Shown: positions 38,272-48,036 of the stretch, in pieces
Layout of the letters: each line of letters opens with the position of its first letter
How positions within the stretch are numbered: position 1 is the first letter of the stretch
Assembly: GCA_028716665.1 (NCBI GenBank)
Contig: JAQUPP010000001.1
Span: forward strand, 192,467 to 256,466
DNA: 64,000 bases
Source of the DNA: Patescibacteria group bacterium
GTDB taxonomy: Bacteria; Patescibacteriota; Patescibacteriia; UBA2591; JAQUPP01
Direction of reading: 5' to 3'
Position numbers and translations under genes: made by a program
The notes under the pieces: generated by a model
Told to the model about the DNA's origin: nothing
Databases searched by the model: none
The model's input: only the letters and a program-made list of their open reading frames with translations

Positions 38272-40002
38272 ATGTTTAACTTAGATGATTTATTAAATCA
38301 ACAAACAAGTTCAAAAAAACCTCAGGTGGCGGAAGAAAATGAAGAAGAAAAACTTAAAGATAAGTTATCAGAAATCAGAATAAAAGAAAAAGAGGAAGAG
38401 GCTTCTCAAAAAGCATATCAATCCGGCGTGCCTTATATTAATTTAACCGGATTTCCAATTTCGCCCGAAGCGATAAGTTTGATTTCTTCTCAGGATGCGA
38501 TGAACTACAAAATTATTTGTTTTTATCGAACCGACAGAGAAGCGAAGATAGCTTCATATCAAGCGGAAGATGAAAATTTGGCCAAATTCAGGGAAAAAAT
38601 AGAAGGAGCTTTTGATTTAAAAACAGAGCTCTTTTTAGTTTCGGAAAACAGTTTTAATCTGGCTTATAAACTTTACAGTACTTTGCCAAAAATTACTCCT
38701 TCCATCAAGGGCGTTAAAATAACCGCCGAAGATATAGAAAATTTTAAATCAAAAATTAAAACCGTTAAAGATTTGAATCACGAAATTCAAAAAGTGAATA
38801 TTTCCGAGCTGGTCACCTTAGTGGTGGCTTCGGCCATTTCTTCTCGCGCTTCCGATATTCACATTGAGGCGGAAGAACATGATGTAAAAATAAGATTCAG
38901 AATTGACGGCGTCTTGATTGACGCGGCGGAAATTGATAAAAAATTATGGGAAAAAATTATTTCCCGCATCAAACTTCTTTCCAGTTTAAAAATCAATATC
39001 ACTGACCAGCCGCAAGATGGGAGATTTACAATTGATTTGGTTAAAGATAAAGTTGATGTCCGCGTTTCTTGTTTGCCCACGGCCTATGGAGAAAGCGTGG
39101 TAATGAGATTGTTGCGTTCATCAGTCGCGGAATTGAGTTTTGAAAATTTGGGATTAAGAGATTCCGCTTTTGAACTTTTAAAAAAAGAAGTGGAAAGACC
39201 AAATGGAATGATTGTCACCACCGGTCCGACCGGTTCCGGTAAAACCACCACTCTTTACGCTGTTTTAAATAAATTAAATAATCCGGGAACAAAAATAATC
39301 ACTTTGGAAGATCCGGTTGAATATCATTTAAAAGGCATAAATCAGAGTCAAATTGACATAACAAAAGATTATACCTTTGCCAAAGGTTTGCGCTCAATTC
39401 TGCGCCAAGATCCTGATGTGGTTATGGTAGGCGAAATTAGGGACCTGGAAACAGCGGAAATCGCCATTCAAGCGGCTTTAACCGGGCATCTGGTTATTTC
39501 CACCTTGCATACCAATGACGCGGCTGGCGCCATTCCCAGATTTTTCGCTTTGGGAGTCAAACCGTATCTTTTAACTCCGGCCATTAACGCCATTATCGGA
39601 CAGCGATTGGTCAGAAAAATTTGTCAAAAATGCAGAGAAGAAATAACTTTGGAACCAACGGTCTTGGAAAGAGTGAAAAAGATTTTATCAGAACTGCCTC
39701 AAGAAGAAAAAAAGAAAATTAATTTTCCAGAAGATATAAATCAGCCATGGACTCCCAAATTTTATCAAAGCAAAGGATGTCCGGAGTGCCAAGGATTGGG
39801 ATATTTCGGCCGACTCGGCATTTATGAAATTTTTACCATGAATCCGGCGATTGAAGAAAGTATTTCAAAAGGAGAAATTTCTGAATATAAAATAAAAGAA
39901 TTGGCTCAAAAACAAGGAATGGTTACTATGGTTCAAGACGGTTTATTAAAGGCCTTGGATGGCATCACTTCTGTTGAAGAAGTGTTCAGGGTTATTGAAT
40001 AA
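38272..40002 (+). CDS. Type IV pilus/T2SS assembly ATPase (PilB/GspE family)
   Basis: ASDIHIE, TGPTGSGKTTT, LEDPVEY, LRQDPD, TLHTND, two CxxC motifs. Confidence 0.92.
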   Translation: MFNLDDLLNQQTSSKKPQVAEENEEEKLKDKLSEIRIKEKEEEASQKAYQSGVPYINLTGFPISPEAISLISSQDAMNYKIICFYRTDREAKIASYQAEDENLAKFREKIEGAFDLKTELFLVSENSFNLAYKLYSTLPKITPSIKGVKITAEDIENFKSKIKTVKDLNHEIQKVNISELVTLVVASAISSRASDIHIEAEEHDVKIRFRIDGVLIDAAEIDKKLWEKIISRIKLLSSLKINITDQPQDGRFTIDLVKDKVDVRVSCLPTAYGESVVMRLLRSSVAELSFENLGLRDSAFELLKKEVERPNGMIVTTGPTGSGKTTTLYAVLNKLNNPGTKIITLEDPVEYHLKGINQSQIDITKDYTFAKGLRSILRQDPDVVMVGEIRDLETAEIAIQAALTGHLVISTLHTNDAAGAIPRFFALGVKPYLLTPAINAIIGQRLVRKICQKCREEITLEPTVLERVKKILSELPQEEKKKINFPEDINQPWTPKFYQSKGCPECQGLGYFGRLGIYEIFTMNPAIEESISKGEISEYKIKELAQKQGMVTMVQDGLLKALDGITSVEEVFRVIE

Positions 40003-40007
40003 AATTC

Positions 40008-40183
40008 CGCGAAATTTACCCTCACTCAACGCTCCAAAACTTTAAAAATTATAACCATTTTGCTTAACGAAAAATTCACAACTCCTCTCCCGACTATAGT
40101 GGGATCGTCAAACAGATGAATTTTTCTACAAAATTCTTTAATTTTTTAAAGCTTTTCCGCGACTTCGTTCAGGTAGATTTCGC
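40008..40183. repeat. Long imperfect inverted-repeat element
   Basis: gcgaaatttacc...ggtagatttcgc outer arms; gaaaaattca/tgaatttttc inner arms; central tcccgactatagtggga palindrome. Confidence 0.55.
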
Positions 40184-40215
40184 TATTAGTGATTATTAAT
40201 TATTTTATTAAAATT

Positions 40216-41331
40216 ATGAGAGATCAAAATTTAGACAGAATGGAAAGGCAAGAAGAGAAAGATGTTGAAACAGAGAAAGTCAAAGAAATGGAAAAATTTC
40301 TTAAAACAATAGCCGAAAATTTGAGAGCGGAAGGAATTCCAGTTAATGATAATTGCAAGATTGACGAGAATAGTTTTAAAGAAATTTATTCTGAAGAAGA
40401 AATAAAAAATGATACGGAGAGAATAAATTTTTATAAATCAAAATGGAATCTTGAAGAACAGAAAAATCAAACAACCGGTGAAAAACTGGAAATGTTAACA
40501 ACTGCGATTTTTCATAAATTTCTTAAAGATAAATTTATTGTTGTCCGATCATCTGAGATAGATGACGTGGATAGAAAAGTTGATAATGTTATTATAAAGA
40601 AAGGAACCAACGAGGAAGAGATTTTTGGGCTCTTTGATGCAGTCGGAGATGTTACTGATCGCCGTTATAAAGAAAAGGTGGAAAAAATAATGGAAAGAAA
40701 TAAGAATGGCGCTTCTCTAAAATACGGTTTTTCTATGGATGAAAATGGAAAAATACAGCCAAAAGCCATTGATAATATTCCTCTTTTTTACCTTGCCCTC
40801 CCCGAGAAACAACTAGAAGAAGGAATTAAAAATTTTGAATTTAATTCTACCTCTGAATACGAAAAGAAATTATTTGAATATTTTATTCTCAGCATTGAAA
40901 CTCAAATGAAGGGTCTGGAATTAAGAAGAGACATAAATCCAAAGTGCCAGGAAAAATTAAAATTTCTTAAAGAATCCTTAGAAGATGTTTTTAAAAAAGA
41001 ACGTCTTCAAAAAGAATTAGATAGCATGTTTGAAGATGATATGCTAGAAATCTTTGAGATTTTTCCCCTAATAAAGCAAGGAGAAACTCTGAAAAAAAAC
41101 CTCTTAAAAGAAGCATTACAAGATAGGTTAGAATATTATATCAATCATATTTCTAGTACAATAGAGTCTGCTTCGCAAAAAGGATTTAAATTGGATACTA
41201 AAGAAACCCTACAAAAAATACATGAAAATCTCTTAAGCGTAGAGGATTTTAATAATGCTAAAAAAATAGAAGCACTGGCTAAAAAAGAAGGAATTGAATT
41301 AAAGCTTCCAGAAGGAAATAAGCAGGTTTAA
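40216..41331 (+). CDS. Hypothetical charged protein
   Basis: Long ORF; ATG at 40216 preferred over the GTG start. Confidence 0.7.
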   Translation: MRDQNLDRMERQEEKDVETEKVKEMEKFLKTIAENLRAEGIPVNDNCKIDENSFKEIYSEEEIKNDTERINFYKSKWNLEEQKNQTTGEKLEMLTTAIFHKFLKDKFIVVRSSEIDDVDRKVDNVIIKKGTNEEEIFGLFDAVGDVTDRRYKEKVEKIMERNKNGASLKYGFSMDENGKIQPKAIDNIPLFYLALPEKQLEEGIKNFEFNSTSEYEKKLFEYFILSIETQMKGLELRRDINPKCQEKLKFLKESLEDVFKKERLQKELDSMFEDDMLEIFEIFPLIKQGETLKKNLLKEALQDRLEYYINHISSTIESASQKGFKLDTKETLQKIHENLLSVEDFNNAKKIEALAKKEGIELKLPEGNKQV

Positions 41332-41426
41332 ATATTCGTTGAAAATTAATTTTTTATCAGAGAATTTAAAGCCGATATTTTGCCGGCTTTTAATTCTATC
41401 CCACACCCAATGGCGACGTCTCTATT

Positions 41427-41536
41427 TAGTGAGCACTATAAACACTTGTGAATAGTTTGTAGAGTAGCAACAAAGCTTGTTTCCCCCTTAAACACTCCTT
41501 TAAACAGGTTCTAATAAATTTTTCTTAGCCACCCCA
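41427..41536. repeat. Direct repeat copy 1
   Basis: Contains 37 bp (41500-41536) identical to 42715-42751, plus shared aacacttgtgaa and aaacactccttta. Confidence 0.8.
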
Positions 41537-41669
41537 TTAAAAAAACGAGTTTAGACTCGTTTTTTTAATAGAGAAGTATTGACAAAAAATCATAATTATT
41601 GTTATAGTAATTATAGATAAATAATCAATCAAAAGATTGTTTCTTAAACAATCTTAATAAGGTAAATAT

Positions 41670-42527
41670 ATGGGTGAAACATTTAGATCTCAGGAAGCAT
41701 TAGAAATTAATCCAAATAAAACAACAATTAATAAATCAGAAAAAAAAGAAGGTCTAACTAAAGAAGAGGAACCAAGATACGGCGAAATATTATATGATAA
41801 ATCATTAGTTTTTCACGGTGTTGGTTTTGACCTAACTAGACTCCGTTCTATTTTAGAAAAGGGTATTTTGTCAGAACAGGCAGCTCAAGCGAAGGGGTTA
41901 GAATTAACAAGAAATTTTGGCGGTTATAACCTGAGCGATAGTGTTTCCGTAGCGGAATCACCGGCAATAAATAATTCATTTACTTTCGGATGTTTTAATA
42001 ATTATATCAAGGGTGGAATTAGTTTTGTTATTGCGGACGAACATGCATTTAAAGCACCCAAAGGATCTTCGCAAGATAGTGGCTATCTAGATGAGGCATT
42101 TATTAAGCATGAGGTGGAAAGAAAAAATATAACTGGTGTTATGGTGCCTGCTGATTTACTAGATGCACCACTTGCAGATTTACCTTTAAATCTTGCCGAA
42201 ATGGGTTACAATTATACAGATAAACGCTGTAAAAAAATAATAAGCGATTTAGAAACCGAAACTGGATACCGATCTGATACCACAGAATTGGAAAAACTTA
42301 TAGAAAAGAAAGAAGAACTTGAGAACCAAGAAATTGATTATTTTGAAAAAGACAAACAAAGAAAAGATATTTTTGCACAAATGGAAAAATCTATGTCCCA
42401 ATATGTAGAGCAAGCATTTTCGCAAAAACTTGGGATTGATCATCCAACTTTGAAAGATGTCCTTAAGCTATATTTACCAAAATCAATGAAGATTTATAAT
42501 TCAGATGGGTTTGATATTTCTCTTTGA
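41670..42527 (+). CDS. Putative ADP-ribosyltransferase-fold protein
   Basis: FHG...SILEKGILS, SVS, DE.FI...V....I.GV pattern. Confidence 0.5.
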   Translation: MGETFRSQEALEINPNKTTINKSEKKEGLTKEEEPRYGEILYDKSLVFHGVGFDLTRLRSILEKGILSEQAAQAKGLELTRNFGGYNLSDSVSVAESPAINNSFTFGCFNNYIKGGISFVIADEHAFKAPKGSSQDSGYLDEAFIKHEVERKNITGVMVPADLLDAPLADLPLNLAEMGYNYTDKRCKKIISDLETETGYRSDTTELEKLIEKKEELENQEIDYFEKDKQRKDIFAQMEKSMSQYVEQAFSQKLGIDHPTLKDVLKLYLPKSMKIYNSDGFDISL

Positions 42528-42621
42528 AAAAATTTGCCACCAAAGAAAAACTTAAGAATTAAGAAATAGTGAGACGGAATTTTTAGAGTAAAATAATAAA
42601 TCAAGCAAATCTGACCCTGTG

Positions 42622-42751
42622 TAGTGAACACTTGTGAACGGTTTGTAGGGTTTTACCAATTAACGACAAACTGGGAATGACCCATTTCCCCTCTCAAACA
42701 CTCCTTTAATTCCCTTAAACAGGTTCTAATAAATTTTTCTTAGCCACCCCA
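42622..42751. repeat. Direct repeat copy 2
   Basis: See copy 1. Confidence 0.8.
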
Positions 42752-42824
42752 GGGGAAACAAAAAAATCTCTGTTTAACAGAGATTTTTTTGTTTTAATTT
42801 TTATCAAAGTCTCAAAAATAAAAT

Positions 42825-43490
42825 TTAAAAATCAGAATATTTTTCCCAGTATTTGTAAAATAATTCATTATTTTTTCTTATTCTCTTGGCGATTGTAGGG
42901 GGTGTAATTTCAGAAAATTTACCAAAATAATAATTCCAAATTTCTTTTTTTGAAGGGTTACTTAAAAGAAATTTAACGTGTTTCCAATGAAAAGATTGAA
43001 TAAAAATAAGGATTTTGGGGTTATTTTTAATTTTATATTTTTTAAGAATTAAATGAATATGGTTTGCCATAATTCGTTCCCGAAGGTAAATATAGACCCA
43101 CCATAACCAATTTTTAGTCGCGCAGGGATACATATTATACCACACTTCAAAAAAATCGGCACGTAATTCTTGTGGACCATCGACATTATAAAGCAAAATA
43201 TCATGGCCGTCGTGCCACAGCCGCTCTATATTTTCAAATGTTTTCACCATCGAAAGCGCGTACCGAAATTCACGCGACACTTCTTTCAAATTTTTTTTAA
43301 TAATCGAGACCTTCCTGAATGGTTTGTTTTTACAGTCATACTTATTAAATATACTTTCAGGGTTCCCATCTTTTTCCGGTTGCTCAAAAATAATAATATC
43401 CGGTTTATATTTTAAAACCGCCCGGGCCTGACGAAGATCTACTCTGTTTTGTTCGCGACAATTGAATTGATGAAATTTAGGCTTTATCAT
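42825..43490 (-). CDS. Hypothetical protein
   Basis: 221-aa ORF downstream of valS; PDIIIFE and RERIMA motifs are loosely TraB/EreA-like. Confidence 0.65.
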   Translation of the reverse strand: MIKPKFHQFNCREQNRVDLRQARAVLKYKPDIIIFEQPEKDGNPESIFNKYDCKNKPFRKVSIIKKNLKEVSREFRYALSMVKTFENIERLWHDGHDILLYNVDGPQELRADFFEVWYNMYPCATKNWLWWVYIYLRERIMANHIHLILKKYKIKNNPKILIFIQSFHWKHVKFLLSNPSKKEIWNYYFGKFSEITPPTIAKRIRKNNELFYKYWEKYSDF

Positions 43491-43531
43491 TTTTTAAATT
43501 TATCAGTTAAATTTTTTAAGAATAGTCTAAA

Positions 43532-45802
43532 TTAATTTTTTAGCGTTACCTTGGTCAATTTCTCAATTAAATCTTTTAATTCCGGATTTGTTGATGTTTT
43601 TTTGTCTTCTGACTCAAGATTATAATCAACGATTTCTTTAAAAGTGATTTTCTGTTCCATTCTCCAATTTCTGATTTTTATGACCAGATTTTTTATTTTT
43701 TCAAATTCTTCTTCCGAGGCCGGGTTGATAAGTTCTTTGTCAATCTCTGGCCATTTTGCGATTATCAGCAAATCATTATTTTGTTTCAAGCCGGTCAATT
43801 GGCCGTAAATTTCCTCGGTAACAAACGGGATAAACGGATGGAGAAGTTTCAGTAAATTCAAAATGGCGGATTTTAGAATAAAGACTGTATTGTTTTGCGT
43901 TTCCGGATTTTCATTTTGGAATTTTGATATTTCCAAATACCAATCAGCGAACTCATGCCAAGTAAATTCATAAAGTTCTTTAGCCGCTTCGCCGAGTTCG
44001 TATTTTTCTATTTTTTTCGTGATTGAATCCGTAAGAGAACTCATTCGCGAGAGAATCCATTGGTCAGCCAATGTTATAGGCTTTAAGGATGAAATGGAAT
44101 CAGATTTATTTTCTTCGCATTTCATTTGAATAAAGCGACTTATATTCCAGAGTTTATTGATGAAATTTTTTGATGAAATTAAAGATCTCTCGTCAAAACG
44201 AACCGCTTGTTGATCATGATTTATTTGGAGAATCAAACCGAAGCGAGTCGCATCAGCGCCGTATTTTTCAATCAGCACCAAGGGATCAATGCCTGTACCC
44301 AATGATTTGGACATTCGTTTCCCGTCCAAAGCGAGAATTGTGGGGTGGATATAAACTTCTTTAAACGGCACTTCGCCCATAAATTCAATTCCGGAAAAAA
44401 TCATGCGCGTAATCCAAAGATGCAAAATATCTCTGGCTGAAGTGATCACATTTGAGGGATAAAATTTTTTTAAATCTTCAGTTTGTTTTGGCCAGCCCAA
44501 AGTGGCGAAAGGCCAGAGAGCGGAAGAAAACCAAGTATCAAAAGTGTTTGAATTGCCTTCCATGGGAATATTGTGCCCCCACCAAATTTGGCGAGAAATG
44601 CACCAATCGCGAATATTTTTCAGCCATTCTTCGGCGATTTTTTTCCATCGTTCAGGTTTGTAAACCACTTCATTTTTTTCTATGGCTGTTAAAACTTTTT
44701 CAGCCAAAAGTTTTGTCTTTAAAAACCATTGTTTTGAAAGCATTGGTTCCACCGTAGAACCGCAGCGATAGCATTTGGCCACATTATGAGTTATCTCTTC
44801 TTCTTTAACCAATAATCCCAGTTCTTTCAATTTACTGATTACCAACTCTCGCGCTTCAATAATTTTTTTGCCGTTAAATTCATCATTAACATTGATAATT
44901 TTTCCGATTTCATTGATTACTTTGATAAATTTTAAATTATGGCGTTCGCCAGTGTCACTGTCAGCCATGTCGTGAGCCGGCGTAATTTTTACCGCTCCGG
45001 TGCCAAAATCTTTGTCCACCATTTGATCGGCGATAATCGGCACTTCGCGATTTATAATCGGCACGATTACTGTTTGGCCGATTAATTTTTTATAGCGCAA
45101 ATCAGCCGGATTTACGGCCACGGCCGTGTCTCCGAGCATTGTTTCCGGACGGGTGGTGGCCACTTCAATAAAATCATTTGAATCTTTAATCGGATATTTA
45201 ATATGCCAAAGTTTGCCTTTTTCTTCCACGTATTCCAATTCCAAATCAGAAAGCGCGGTTTGATCTTTAATGCACCAATTAATCACTTTTTCGCCCTGGT
45301 AAATCATGCCTTTTTCCAAATAATGTTCAAAGGCTTTTTTGACCGCTGCTTGATAATTTTCATCCATGGTGAAACGGGTGCGGCTCCAATCCAATGAACA
45401 ACCCAATTGTTTAAGCTGATTTAAAATTATGTCGCCGTATTTTTCCCGCCATTCCCAAATTTTTTCCAAAAATTTTTCCTTGCCCAAATCAATGCGGGTT
45501 AAATTTTGTTTTTTTAAATCTTTCTCCACTACATTTTGAGTGGCAATGCCGGCGTGATCCGTGCCCGGGAGCCAAAGAGTTTTAAATCCTTTCATTCTGT
45601 AATGGCGAATTAAAATATCGGAAATGGTATTCTCCAAGGCATGACCCATATGAAGAGAACCGGTGATGTTTGGCGGAGCAATCATTATGCTGTAGGCTTC
45701 TCCATCTTGGTTAGGTAAATTATCCGGATTAAAAAAACCGCTCTCTTCCCAGAGTTTATAAATTTTTGATTCGTATTTTTTTGGTTCGTAAGCCGATTCC
45801 AT
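43532..45802 (-). CDS. valS: Valine--tRNA ligase (short)
   Basis: PPNITGSLHMGH, ATTRPET, DWCISRQ, DTWFSS, RMSKS. Confidence 0.97.
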   Translation of the reverse strand: MESAYEPKKYESKIYKLWEESGFFNPDNLPNQDGEAYSIMIAPPNITGSLHMGHALENTISDILIRHYRMKGFKTLWLPGTDHAGIATQNVVEKDLKKQNLTRIDLGKEKFLEKIWEWREKYGDIILNQLKQLGCSLDWSRTRFTMDENYQAAVKKAFEHYLEKGMIYQGEKVINWCIKDQTALSDLELEYVEEKGKLWHIKYPIKDSNDFIEVATTRPETMLGDTAVAVNPADLRYKKLIGQTVIVPIINREVPIIADQMVDKDFGTGAVKITPAHDMADSDTGERHNLKFIKVINEIGKIINVNDEFNGKKIIEARELVISKLKELGLLVKEEEITHNVAKCYRCGSTVEPMLSKQWFLKTKLLAEKVLTAIEKNEVVYKPERWKKIAEEWLKNIRDWCISRQIWWGHNIPMEGNSNTFDTWFSSALWPFATLGWPKQTEDLKKFYPSNVITSARDILHLWITRMIFSGIEFMGEVPFKEVYIHPTILALDGKRMSKSLGTGIDPLVLIEKYGADATRFGLILQINHDQQAVRFDERSLISSKNFINKLWNISRFIQMKCEENKSDSISSLKPITLADQWILSRMSSLTDSITKKIEKYELGEAAKELYEFTWHEFADWYLEISKFQNENPETQNNTVFILKSAILNLLKLLHPFIPFVTEEIYGQLTGLKQNNDLLIIAKWPEIDKELINPASEEEFEKIKNLVIKIRNWRMEQKITFKEIVDYNLESEDKKTSTNPELKDLIEKLTKVTLKN

Positions 45803-45806
45803 AAAT

Positions 45807-46235
45807 CTACAAATTATTATTTACGGTTATTATTCTTTCGTTTTTCTTTTTTCCCAATTTAAGTTTAATGGTTATTGTATCTTTTGGCAAGATATTTTTA
45901 ACTCGTTCGGCCCATTCAATAACGGTTACAGTATTCGGTTTAGCCGACCAATCTTTTACTCCAATATTAATTAAATCTTGACCGGAATTTAGTCGGTAAG
46001 CGTCAATATGGCATATTTTTAAAGATTTAACAGAATATATTTTCATCACCACAAAAGTCGGACTGGTAATATGTTTTTTAATACCCAACTCAGCGGCAAT
46101 TCCCTTGATTAAAACTGTTTTGCCGCTGCCCAATTCTCCGTTTAAAGCCAAAACTTCGCCGCCAACAAGTTTTTTGGCTATTTTTTTGCCCAAATTAAGG
46201 GTTTGTTTCTCAGAATGGGTGATAATCTTTTTCAT
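45807..46235 (-). CDS. tsaE: tRNA threonylcarbamoyladenosine biosynthesis ATPase TsaE
   Basis: GELGSGKT, SPTF, HIDAYRL, IEWA. Confidence 0.93.
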   Translation of the reverse strand: MKKIITHSEKQTLNLGKKIAKKLVGGEVLALNGELGSGKTVLIKGIAAELGIKKHITSPTFVVMKIYSVKSLKICHIDAYRLNSGQDLINIGVKDWSAKPNTVTVIEWAERVKNILPKDTITIKLKLGKKKNERIITVNNNL

Positions 46236-46329
46236 TACAATAATATAGCACAAACTTGATATTCTTTCAAGCGGGTTGACATTTTTAGGCCTTAAACTAT
46301 ACTAAATAAGCTAATATTTAACCTATTTT

Positions 46330-47940
46330 ATGTCTTTACCAGATAAAAGTACAAGTGAAATTTCGCCATTAATCAGGGAATTTCTTGATAAATATCAGGC
46401 TTTTTTGGCCGAAAAAGCGCCTTCGGAAACAATACCTAAAATTCATGTTGACGAGATATCCAGCGCCATTGCCTCTTTTTATGAGAAAATAAGGAATGTT
46501 GTCGCTTATCGGGAAGAACACCTTTTGCGCAAAGGAGCAATTGAAAGAGTTTTTAAACGTCGGCTTTTTGTTCGTGGAGACAATCAAAATTTTGCCGAAT
46601 TGTTAATTCAAGATATTATTAGAGTTGGTCATTTGCCGAACGATACTATCCCGGAAACAAAAATAAAAGAAACTCAAAAAATTATTGATAAATACGTGTT
46701 TTTAATGGATAAGGCCAAAGAGTCCTCCAGGTCAAACCGCCGGGAAATTATAGATTGGCTTATCAAAATAGGAACTTGCGAAATAGAAGAAAAATTGGAC
46801 CCGCCGTTTAAAGATAATAACTTGGCGGCTTTGATGTATCAAATTTTACAAGAACGTTTGGTAATTCAGAGAGGACAGATTCCAGATGAAACAAAAAATA
46901 CCCAGCTTTTTATTAATATTCAGAGGGCACTTCTAAGAGTAGATGATTCCCAGCTCGACTATCGTCTTTTAAAATTTTTAAATCCCAGTTGGATGGAACT
47001 GAATCCCGAGACTTTTCCCCAAATAGCTGAAAAATTATTCTTTTATAAAAAAGAAATCAAGCGTCATCTTAAAAATCCTTTGGGTCCGATTTTTTTCCAA
47101 CTTTGCAATCAATATAATACCATTTTTTATTTAATCAGTGATATTATTTCCAATAGTCGAAATAATGAAGAAATGAATGTTGCTTTTGAAAAATCTGAAC
47201 TTTTTGAAAAAGCGATTAAGAATAATTATAATAAGCGTTATGAGACGGAGAGAGGGAAGCTCACCCGTTTGGCTTTTCTAAGTGTTATTTCATTTTTTAT
47301 CACTAAAGTTGCCATTGCGTTCGGTATAGAAATTCCTTTGGACAAATATATAATTGATCAGTTTTCTTGGCTTAATGTCATGATCAGCATTGTCGTACCG
47401 CCTCTTTTAATGTTGATTATTGTTTTAACGATTAGAATGCCCTCGGGAGGAAATTTGAAATTGGTTATAGAAGAAAGTAAGGCCGTGGTTTATGGGGATA
47501 AGGCTAAAAATTATGCCTTAAAATTACCGATCAAAAAATCTTGGCTTGGTCTCGCTATTGTTCAGATTTTTTCTCTAATAATGTTTTTTGTTACATTTGG
47601 GGTTTTGACTAAATTATTATTAACATTTGACTTCAGTATAGCCAGCATTGTCATTTTCTTGTTTTTTATTTCATTGGTGGCTGCGACCGGAACAAAAGCT
47701 TATAATCGTTCTCGGGAATTAAGTTTGGAAAAAGAAAAAGGCAATATTTCCACTTTTCTGATTGACTTATTTGCCATGCCGTTGATCGCGGTCGGTAAAT
47801 GGGGTGCTTCTGTTTTATCTAAATTTAATTTTGTTATTCTTGTTTTTGATTTATTAATCGAAGTGCCTTTGCAAATTTTCTTTATCTTTTTGGAAAATTT
47901 AAGAGGTTTTATCAAAAGTCAGAAGGACGAAATTTATTAG
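46330..47940 (+). CDS. Conserved hypothetical membrane protein
   Basis: Soluble N-terminal half (YEKIRN..EEHLLR..AI.R), several C-terminal TMs. Confidence 0.75.
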   Translation: MSLPDKSTSEISPLIREFLDKYQAFLAEKAPSETIPKIHVDEISSAIASFYEKIRNVVAYREEHLLRKGAIERVFKRRLFVRGDNQNFAELLIQDIIRVGHLPNDTIPETKIKETQKIIDKYVFLMDKAKESSRSNRREIIDWLIKIGTCEIEEKLDPPFKDNNLAALMYQILQERLVIQRGQIPDETKNTQLFINIQRALLRVDDSQLDYRLLKFLNPSWMELNPETFPQIAEKLFFYKKEIKRHLKNPLGPIFFQLCNQYNTIFYLISDIISNSRNNEEMNVAFEKSELFEKAIKNNYNKRYETERGKLTRLAFLSVISFFITKVAIAFGIEIPLDKYIIDQFSWLNVMISIVVPPLLMLIIVLTIRMPSGGNLKLVIEESKAVVYGDKAKNYALKLPIKKSWLGLAIVQIFSLIMFFVTFGVLTKLLLTFDFSIASIVIFLFFISLVAATGTKAYNRSRELSLEKEKGNISTFLIDLFAMPLIAVGKWGASVLSKFNFVILVFDLLIEVPLQIFFIFLENLRGFIKSQKDEIY

Positions 47941-48036
47941 CGACGTAGAGCAAGAGAAACCCTTATTAATTTTTCGTAAATAAAAACCGCCTTTTAGGCG
48001 GAATAAAAAAACAAGTATTTAAATAATACTTGTTTT

